Shown piece by piece: positions 1 to 6,698 of a DNA stretch of 64,000 nt; the first letter of the stretch is position 1, and each line of letters begins with the position of its first letter. Both the position numbers and the translations under genes were made by a program. The DNA comes from an uncultured Dehalococcoidia bacterium (GTDB lineage: Bacteria > Chloroflexota > Dehalococcoidia > Lucifugimonadales > G958296245). The stretch covers positions 1,260,777 to 1,324,776 of the forward strand of contig OY282458.1 of NCBI GenBank assembly GCA_958296245.1, written 5' to 3'. The notes below the pieces were generated by a model. That model was not told the DNA's origin. It saw only the letters and a program-made list of their open reading frames with translations, and ran no database searches.

Positions 1-228
1 GACGCGGACACGAGCCATTTGGAATGGGAGATAGACAAGCTCGTCTATGGTCTGTACGGCCTGACGGAAGAGGAGGAAACGGCCATAGAACGCAGCCTGG
101 GTCTGATACACGCCAGCGACGAGGAGGAGGACGCCGCGCTGGGCAAGTGGATCCAAGAGGGCAAGACAGGCACATACGTCAGCAAAGAAGCCGTGATGGA
201 AACGTTGCGAAACCCGTATGGAGGTTAA
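1..228 (+). CDS. 3'-terminal fragment (5' end outside window) of a DNA methyltransferase / type IIG R-M or PglX-like enzyme, with a ~45-aa extra C-terminal tail
   Basis: Frame 1 is open from nt 1 (..DADTSHLEWEIDKLVYGLYGLTEEEETAIERSLG..). The EIDxLVYxLYGLTEEE..IE motif is, from memory, the usual C-terminal signature of Eco57I/TaqI-like N6-adenine MTases. TAA at 226-228. No search run. Confidence 0.4.
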   Translation, partial: DADTSHLEWEIDKLVYGLYGLTEEEETAIERSLGLIHASDEEEDAALGKWIQEGKTGTYVSKEAVMETLRNPYGG

Positions 229-484
229 GTTCGACGCCAGCTTCAATCGCGATCTCAGGCGAATACGTGACGCAGACCTGCGCCGCAGAGTCGAGCGGGT
301 AATCGAAGAAATAGAGGGTGCGTCAGCCATCACGGAGGTAAGTGGAGTCAGAAGAATCGCGAGCCGAGGGCGTTACTACCGTATCAGGGTAGGAGACTAC
401 CGTGTGGGCATTGAGGTCGAGGGCGGCACGGTTATATTCATCAGACTCGGACACCGCCGCGAAATCTACCGTTTCTTCCGGTGA
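218..484 (+). CDS. Type II toxin-antitoxin system RelE/ParE family toxin
   Basis: 88 aa. ..GVRRIASRGRYYRIRVGDYRVGIEVEGGTVIFIRLGHRREIYR fits the RelE/StbE pattern (..yRiRvGdYRiiy.v....v.i..v.hRkdiYr). ATG 218 overlaps the upstream ORF by 11 nt. Confidence 0.8.
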   Translation: MEVKFDASFNRDLRRIRDADLRRRVERVIEEIEGASAITEVSGVRRIASRGRYYRIRVGDYRVGIEVEGGTVIFIRLGHRREIYRFFR

Positions 485-518
485 CGTCTAGCAACAGGAA
501 ACCGATATATAAGTCAAC

Positions 519-719
519 ATGGACGTGAGAATCCCTGAAGTAGGAGAAGCGCTCGTCCACCGCTTCCGGCGGCGCGAGGGTGAAATCCGGGCCGAAGTCG
601 TAAGCGTCGACCCGGAGCGCCGGGCCGTCCGCGTCCGTATGGACGGCAAGGAGTACGCCTCCCTATCCGCCGCCGCCAAAGCCGCCGCCGGAACCCCCCA
701 AAACGGCTGGATCTACTGA
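519..719 (+). CDS. Small DUF2924/DUF4357-like protein (possible DNA-binding; possibly 3'-truncated by a TGG->TGA change)
   Basis: 66 aa. The C-terminal DGKEYASLSAAAKAAAGTPQNGWIY resembles the Y.SLSaAA..i.G...NGW.fW motif of these small domains (memory-based). The stop at 717-719 aligns with TGG in the repeat copy at 6454-6558. Confidence 0.4.
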   Translation: MDVRIPEVGEALVHRFRRREGEIRAEVVSVDPERRAVRVRMDGKEYASLSAAAKAAAGTPQNGWIY

Positions 720-745
720 GGCCTCAAGAAGCAGATACCCCGGAG
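641..745 (+). repeat. Left copy (DR-L) of a ~105-bp imperfect direct repeat
   Basis: Hand alignment to 6454-6558 gives roughly 80% identity with one 1-nt indel. It includes an identical 24-nt run, ggcaaggagtacgcctccctatcc. Confidence 0.75.
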
Positions 746-834
746 CCGATAGGGCGCGTGATAGGATTGGAGCAGCACCGCCCCGCCGCAGACACAACCG
801 ATGACGGACGCAACTCAACTACGGTGAGGAAGCA

Positions 835-2391
835 GTGACTGCGCCATCCAAGATCAAGAACCTCAAGCTGAGTGTCGCCAACCTCGGCCCTATCGCCAGG
901 GCGAACATCGATCTGCGCCCGATGACTGTGTTCGTAGGACCCAGCAACACCGGCAAGTCCTACTTGGCGATCCTCATCTACGCGCTGCATAGATTTTTCG
1001 GCGGCATGATTAGTCCAAGATTAGGCCCCATATTCGGAGTCCGCTCCGTCTTTGGTATTGGGCTAATGGGAGATGAGGCGATTCCAGCCGAAGACAAAGA
1101 GGCGCTGATTAGCTGGGCAGAGGAGATGTCAAAGAGGTCAGAGCGGCTCCCAGCCCAATTGCCGGAGTCCGTTGCAAAGATGGTCCGGCGCCGACTCGAA
1201 GATATTGGCCCCTTTGCTCAATTCCTTGATGATGAAATCGCCCGCTGCTTTGGCATCGAAGAAACCAAGCGTTTGATCCGCAACGAAGTCAAGGACGGTA
1301 TGAGTGTTGTTGCGAGGCGCTCTGTCTCGGAGGAGGGGGCAGATGCTGGGTTCATTGAATACAGGTACACGAGAAGAGGAGACAAACTCGATCTGGCGGC
1401 TTCAGTCCCAAGCGCAACTCCTCTACGTATCGCGGCGCGTACCAAAGGCCGATTAACTCCGTACTCCATTCATCCTTCTGAGTTCAGGGACAACCCAAGC
1501 GAAGAGGAAAGGGCTTTCTTATTCGATGCTGTGTTGAGTGTGATTGCTGATGAGTACGGCCCAGATTTAGTTAGCCCTTTGACGCGTAGACCATACTATC
1601 TGCCCGCAGACCGCACCGGTACCATGCACGCTCACAGAACAATCGTGAGCTCCTTGATACGACACGCCCCGCGAGCAGGGCTTAGCCATGAATCTCCACT
1701 GCCCTCTCTTTCAGGAGTACTTGCCGACTTTCTCGAAGTCCTGATTGGATTGAGTGATCGAGCGCCTGCAAGATCAAGCCGCAAGGAAGACCTTGCCAAG
1801 ATGCTAGAAACCAATCTGCTGAGCGGCGCGATACTCAATAGAGAATCCGTCACCGGGTATCCTGAATTCTCATATCGGCCCGATGGGTGGGGAAAAGACC
1901 TGCCGCTCATGCATACGTCGTCGATGGTCTCAGAGCTTGCGCCGGTTGTGCTCTACCTTCGACACGTCGTTCAATCCGGCGAGGTGCTGATCATCGAGGA
2001 GCCGGAGTCTCATCTTCATCCTGCGATGCAGGTAGAGTTCATCAGACACCTGGCGGCGGCGGTGCGCGCGGGCGTCCGCGTCATGATCACGACGCACAGC
2101 GAATGGGTCTTGGACGAGCTGACCAACCTCGTTCGCCTATCGGACCTTCCGAAGTCGCGGCGAAAGGGAATCGCGGGCGCGGACTTCGCGCTCAGCCCTG
2201 AGAAGCTGGGAGTGTGGCTGTTCGAGCCAAAGAAACGCCCCAGGGGTTCTGTCGTGAAGGAGATCCCGTTCGACGAGAAATTCGGCGGTTTCCGCTCCGG
2301 GTTCGATGACGTCGCAATGGAGACCTACAATGACTACGCGGAAATATCTGACCGCATAGGGGAGACCAAGTCTGAGTACAAGTCTCGTTAG
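835..2391 (+). CDS. OLD/PtuA/GajA-type ABC ATPase (AAA_15/AAA_21-like), no fused nuclease domain
   Basis: 518 aa. Walker A GPSNTGKS (aa 35-42), Walker B/D-loop VLIIEEPESHLHP, H-loop ITTHSEW. GTG start preceded by GAGGAAG. Confidence 0.75.
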   Translation: MTAPSKIKNLKLSVANLGPIARANIDLRPMTVFVGPSNTGKSYLAILIYALHRFFGGMISPRLGPIFGVRSVFGIGLMGDEAIPAEDKEALISWAEEMSKRSERLPAQLPESVAKMVRRRLEDIGPFAQFLDDEIARCFGIEETKRLIRNEVKDGMSVVARRSVSEEGADAGFIEYRYTRRGDKLDLAASVPSATPLRIAARTKGRLTPYSIHPSEFRDNPSEEERAFLFDAVLSVIADEYGPDLVSPLTRRPYYLPADRTGTMHAHRTIVSSLIRHAPRAGLSHESPLPSLSGVLADFLEVLIGLSDRAPARSSRKEDLAKMLETNLLSGAILNRESVTGYPEFSYRPDGWGKDLPLMHTSSMVSELAPVVLYLRHVVQSGEVLIIEEPESHLHPAMQVEFIRHLAAAVRAGVRVMITTHSEWVLDELTNLVRLSDLPKSRRKGIAGADFALSPEKLGVWLFEPKKRPRGSVVKEIPFDEKFGGFRSGFDDVAMETYNDYAEISDRIGETKSEYKSR

Positions 2392-2455
2392 CAAGGTTAA
2401 ATCGGCCATTCCCGCGTCATGTCTCGTCAAGGCATGCAAGGGGAATGGTTGCTCG

Positions 2456-2851
2456 GTGGACCTGCAAGACGCGCCGCGGCCACATGTCCTGATTGACATG
2501 GACTGCCCACAGGTGCCGATCAGATCTGGAGATAAGAAATGTGACTTCGTGTTCATCAGCGACCACGGCAGCTTGGTAATCCCGCTGGAGTTGAAGAGCG
2601 GGGATCTGAGGGTCAGCGAAGTTCTAAAGCAGATACAGGCTGGCGCGCGATTCGCAGAACAATTTATCCCTCCCACGTGCAAATCGGTACGCCTCATTCC
2701 TATCGCGGTTGTTGGCGGCGGGGTCCCCCGTCCTGAACTTAAGCAATTGCGCAAAAACAGCTCCCGGGTGCGCTTCAGAGGTAAGCGGGTAAGTATCAAA
2801 ACATTGAAATCCGGACGGCCTCTCATGGAAGCTATCCGACGGGAGGATTGA
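2456..2851 (+). CDS. Small PD-(D/E)XK-like (NucS/DUF91-style core) putative nuclease
   Basis: 131 aa. KKCDFVFISDHGSLVIPLELKSGDLRVSEVLKQIQ fits D-x(n)-ExK followed by a helix with Q (compare iDil..d.dG.lvvvElKrg....v.Q). Lies 64 nt downstream of the ATPase. GTG start is uncertain. Confidence 0.5.
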   Translation: MDLQDAPRPHVLIDMDCPQVPIRSGDKKCDFVFISDHGSLVIPLELKSGDLRVSEVLKQIQAGARFAEQFIPPTCKSVRLIPIAVVGGGVPRPELKQLRKNSSRVRFRGKRVSIKTLKSGRPLMEAIRRED

Positions 2852-3149
2852 CTGAGACCGCCGCGCATGGCTCCGAAGGTTGACCCCAACCTGATTGACC
2901 CTTTACCACACCACCCTCTTAGATTCCTCACTCCGCCGGCGCTGCGTTCGGAATGACAGTTTTAGGACAGCTGGGCTGCGGGGAATGGGGAGGCTCTCAC
3001 GATTCGACTCATAGAGACTGAGCAGTTACAAGGAGACCTGGACGTTTGACAACGCCTGACGAGCTATGAGAACATGCGTACGCGGAACGACTAGAGCATA
3101 GGCCGCGTCGACGGATCGCGCGCCAGCCTACGGGACAGCTTGGTAGCTC

Positions 3150-3902
3150 ATGGCATCCTCAATCGAATGGACGGATGAGACGTGGAACCCGGTCACGGGC
3201 TGCACGCGGATTTCGCCGGGATGTGATCACTGCTACATGTTCGCCCTCTATCCCCGCCTCAGGGCTATGCGGGTCCCCGGATACGAGACGGCCCCGGACG
3301 ACGTTCGGATGCTGCGCGAGCGTTTGCTGGCCCCGTTGTCCTGGAAGAAACCGAGGCGCGTCTTCGTAAACAGCATGTCCGACGTGTTCCATCCGAGGGT
3401 GCCTTTCGAGTTCGCGCTCGATATGTTCTCGGTGATGCGGGATGCGTCGTCCCGGTACGGGCACGTTTTCCAGGTATTGACCAAGAGACCCGGGCGGGCC
3501 GTGGCCTGGTGGGAGCGGTACAAGGAGAGGTTCCCCGACGGATGGCCCGCGAACGTGTGGATGGGTACGTCGGTGGAAAGTGGGAAGTACGCTCCCAGGC
3601 TCACGGTCTTGGCCCGTTTGCCTGCGCCGATACGGTTCGTATCCGCAGAGCCGCTGTTGGAACGGATCGACTTGAAGCCCTGGCTGAAGAACGGGTCGTT
3701 GCAGTGGGTGATCGTCGGCGGCGAGAGCGGAGCGGGGGCAAGGCCGATGGATATCGATTGGGTTCGCGATCTCCGCAGCCAATCCGTCGAAGCCGGCGTC
3801 GCGTTTTTCGTCAAGCAGCTGGGCGGCGCCCGCAACAAACGAGGCGGCGGCGCCGCGACGGTGGACGGCAAGCTTTGGCGCGAGATGCCAACGGCAGAGT
3901 AG
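3150..3902 (+). CDS. DUF5131 / phage Gp37-Gp68 family protein (three-Cys motif)
   Basis: 250 aa. IEWTDETWNPVTGCTRISPGCDHCY.., ..VFVNSMSDVFH.., ..QVLTKRP.., ..FVSAEPLL.., ..WVIVGGESG..ARPM.., ..FFVKQLGG match the family consensus as I recall it. Confidence 0.85.
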   Translation: MASSIEWTDETWNPVTGCTRISPGCDHCYMFALYPRLRAMRVPGYETAPDDVRMLRERLLAPLSWKKPRRVFVNSMSDVFHPRVPFEFALDMFSVMRDASSRYGHVFQVLTKRPGRAVAWWERYKERFPDGWPANVWMGTSVESGKYAPRLTVLARLPAPIRFVSAEPLLERIDLKPWLKNGSLQWVIVGGESGAGARPMDIDWVRDLRSQSVEAGVAFFVKQLGGARNKRGGGAATVDGKLWREMPTAE

Positions 3903-3995
3903 AGGCAGGTATGAGCAACGCGCAATTCGGCGGCGACTTGTGTTCCGAGAAACCAGATTGAGGATAGCCAGAATGGCCTACGGTCGTTTTACAAC

Positions 3996-6011
3996 ATGAA
4001 GATCTCGAAACTGACGTCTGACGACCTCGACGCAGTGGACCAACTAATGCTGCCTAACACGCGTACGGTTGGCTTTCTTCCTCGAGAAGTGCTTAAAGAG
4101 TACCTTAACAAGGATTGCGTGCTGGGCGTTTCAACACAGGATGACACGCTCATTGGCTACCTTCTGTACGGTGCCTACCTTGATCGTTTCCGTGTTACCC
4201 AGCTCTGTGTATCAGAAGGCTTCAGAAACAAAGGAGTGGCCAGGAAACTTATTGAGACACTGAAGAAGTCAACCACTACTCAGAAAGTCATAGTACTCAA
4301 CTGCCGCAATGATTTTCCGGCACATTCTATGTGGCCTAAACTAGGGTTCGTATCTGTAGATGAACATCGAGGCCGATCTAAAGAAGGACACCTTCTAACT
4401 CGGTGGCTCCTTACTTTGGCCCCTGATGATCAGCTAGCGCTTTTCCGCGCTAATGTATCAGACACGGTTCTTGATGCCGTTATCGATGCCCAGATATTCT
4501 TCGACTTCTATAAGCCTGATATAGACGTAACACAGCCATCGAAAGCCCTGATCTCAGACTCCTTTGTAGATTCACTCAATCTTTGGTTTACCGACGAACT
4601 TCTCAATGAGATCGGCCGGAACCAAAGTGATGACGAACGCAGAGCTGATAGAGAGAGAACCGGACAGTTCTCCCAAGTGCAGCATAACCCTCGCACTGTT
4701 GAAGCTCTCTCGGAAACACTCAAACAGATTCTACCGAGTGGCACTGAGAGTCAGCTATCGGACATCAATCATCTGGTAAAGACTGCGGCCTCCGACGTCG
4801 ATATATTTGTTACTAGAGACCAAGGCCTATTGAAGAAAGCTGTGGAGATCGCCGACTTGGTAAACCTAGAAGTTCTATCCCCGACGGCCTTGATCCTTCG
4901 ACTAAACGAGTTATCAGAAGAGCAGCCCTATGAACCGAACCGTGTCTCCGGGCTTGGCCTCCGGTGGCAACGCCTGAGCTCTGATGAGCTCTCTACTTTT
5001 CCCTTCGACCGCTTCCTTGACAGGGGGGAGTCGTTGCGTTCGTTCAGGGGGGCGATAGACTCCTTTCTCGTGGATAGTCGTCCTCACGAGTTGGATGTCC
5101 TACGGTCTGAGGAAGATCCCGTCGCTTTGCGGGGCCTCAGATATGATCTCGAACGAGGACTTACCATATCTCTATGCAGGGTGGCGAAAAAAACTTCTAG
5201 CGACTCAGCGTTGTTCGGTAGATTTCTGATTGCGGATGCGATATGCAAGGCTATGTACAAGAATCTGAACATGGTGAAAATCGAGGCGGCTTCTCTTACA
5301 ACAGGTCTCGTCAAAGGTCTTTGGGAGATGGGATTTACAAGATGCGGAGACTATTTCATAAGATTCTCATTTGCGCGCTATCTTGATCGAAAAGATGTAT
5401 TATCGGAAATTGCAGAACTGGCCCCGGAAGCCGTCGACAACTATCAGAGTATGACGCCTTTAAAACTCGAACGTTCTTGCTCGCCACTGCTTTCTCCGGT
5501 GGATCAAGGTTATTTTTTGATGCCAATTCGCCCAGGATACGCCCTCAATCTATTTGACATGCAACAGTCATCGCATGACCTATTCGGAGGAACACCAGGA
5601 TTACTGCTGCGCTGGAGCAACGTCTATTATCGAAAGGCGACTTATTATAAGATGCTAGAGGCGCCTGGGCGGATACTGTGGTACTTAAGTGGAGACCGAA
5701 AGGAGGTCGCGTACATATCCCATCTTGATAAAGTGGTAATCGACACTCCGAAGGATCTTTTCCGGCGATTCAGGAAATATGGAACGTTCGAATGGGAAGA
5801 CCTCTACAAGATGTGTAGAGGAGATATAAGCAAGAAACTCATGGCCTTGCAATTCTCTCATACCTTCCCTCTGCGGCGACCGATTCCGCTAGCCGAGGTC
5901 TGGAAAGCGTTCGATGAGGATGGGGTCGGGCGATCCGTACAGTCTCCAAGAAGTATACCATGTAGCACATATCGGAAGCTGTTCCAACTGGGGTACCCGG
6001 AGCAGTCATGA
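3996..6011 (+). CDS. Multidomain protein: N-terminal GNAT acetyltransferase, PIN-like nuclease, uncertain middle domain (degenerate GNAT?), C-terminal ASCH/PUA-like domain
   Basis: 671 aa. GNAT motif A at VSEGFRNKGVARKLIE. PIN acidic residues at AVIDAQIFFDF, TDELLNEI, SDINHLVKTAA and IFVTRDQGL. The C-terminus (YFLMPIRPGYALNLF..ILWYLSGDRKEVAYISHLDKVV..) resembles ASCH. Visibly A/T-richer than its flanks. Confidence 0.6.
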   Translation: MKISKLTSDDLDAVDQLMLPNTRTVGFLPREVLKEYLNKDCVLGVSTQDDTLIGYLLYGAYLDRFRVTQLCVSEGFRNKGVARKLIETLKKSTTTQKVIVLNCRNDFPAHSMWPKLGFVSVDEHRGRSKEGHLLTRWLLTLAPDDQLALFRANVSDTVLDAVIDAQIFFDFYKPDIDVTQPSKALISDSFVDSLNLWFTDELLNEIGRNQSDDERRADRERTGQFSQVQHNPRTVEALSETLKQILPSGTESQLSDINHLVKTAASDVDIFVTRDQGLLKKAVEIADLVNLEVLSPTALILRLNELSEEQPYEPNRVSGLGLRWQRLSSDELSTFPFDRFLDRGESLRSFRGAIDSFLVDSRPHELDVLRSEEDPVALRGLRYDLERGLTISLCRVAKKTSSDSALFGRFLIADAICKAMYKNLNMVKIEAASLTTGLVKGLWEMGFTRCGDYFIRFSFARYLDRKDVLSEIAELAPEAVDNYQSMTPLKLERSCSPLLSPVDQGYFLMPIRPGYALNLFDMQQSSHDLFGGTPGLLLRWSNVYYRKATYYKMLEAPGRILWYLSGDRKEVAYISHLDKVVIDTPKDLFRRFRKYGTFEWEDLYKMCRGDISKKLMALQFSHTFPLRRPIPLAEVWKAFDEDGVGRSVQSPRSIPCSTYRKLFQLGYPEQS

Positions 6012-6637
6012 ACGCCTCATCTACGCCGTTGCTTTTTTCCTTGAAACCCCACTATGCCAAGTTGGTATTCGGCGGGCTAAAGAAAGTCGAGCTGAGACGA
6101 CGTATCCTGACAGGGATCGAAGGGATCGACGTGTTCGTCTACGCTACCAGTCCGGTACGGAAGTTACAAGGCGGATTCCGGGTTGGGAAGGTATGGACTG
6201 GAACACCTGAGAAGATTTGGGGCGTTGTGTCCAAGAGTGCGTGTGTAGAGAAACCGGACTTTGACGCCTACTACGCTGGACGGGACGTCGCTTGCGCTTT
6301 GGAGATCACGGAGACCTGGGAATACTCGAATCCCATGGGACTCAGCGCGTTGAGGGACACGTTTCAAAATTTCGTGGTCCCACAATCCTGGCGATATGTG
6401 AAACCTCAAGAGCGTCAATCCTTCCTACGGATGGAGCGTGCCGGAGGAGTGAAGGATGGCAAGGAGTACGCCTCCCTATCCTCCGCCGCTCAAGCCGCCA
6501 TAGGCCCCCACAAGAACGGTGGATCTACTGGGCCCTCAAGAAGCACTAAAGATAGCCGGACACCTTATCGACAAGTGGTAACGCGCACGACCGACCCTGA
6601 GCCCCCGCACGGTATAATTGAGGCTTTACGCTGCTAA
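6008..6637 (+). CDS. ASCH domain protein; its 3' end reads into repeat DR-R and is probably frameshifted (alternative end 6549)
   Basis: LLFSLKPHYAKLVFGGLKKVELRRR..DVFVYATSPVRKLQGGFRVGKV..PEKIW..ALEITETWEY fits the ASCH pattern. ATGA start/stop overlap with the 671-aa gene. After aa ~148 the ORF is repeat-derived. Confidence 0.65.
   Translation: MNASSTPLLFSLKPHYAKLVFGGLKKVELRRRILTGIEGIDVFVYATSPVRKLQGGFRVGKVWTGTPEKIWGVVSKSACVEKPDFDAYYAGRDVACALEITETWEYSNPMGLSALRDTFQNFVVPQSWRYVKPQERQSFLRMERAGGVKDGKEYASLSSAAQAAIGPHKNGGSTGPSRSTKDSRTPYRQVVTRTTDPEPPHGIIEALRC
6454..6558 (+). repeat. Right copy (DR-R) of the ~105-bp direct repeat; remnant of the 3' half of a 519-719-like gene
   Basis: Encodes DGKEYASLSSAAQAAIGPHKNG. 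After a 1-nt deletion relative to DR-L (ggctgg -> ggtgg) it continues WIYWALKKH* (stop 6547-6549) in the next frame. Confidence 0.75.
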
Positions 6638-6698
6638 CCAACAACCGCAAGCACTTTGAGCGTTGTGCATGGGCTGACCATGCTATCGGTGTGATTCC

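Noticed and set aside
488-679. 63-aa minus-strand ORF opposite the small DUF2924/DUF4357-like ORF
   Set aside because: Arg/Ser/Thr-rich antisense translation. The + strand ORF carries the conserved repeat-encoded motif.
2137-2931. 264-aa minus-strand ORF across the ATPase 3' end and the mini-nuclease gene
   Set aside because: It is antisense to two ORFs that carry real motifs (Walker B/H-loop; D..ELK). The sequence is Arg/Ser/Leu-rich with no domain signal.
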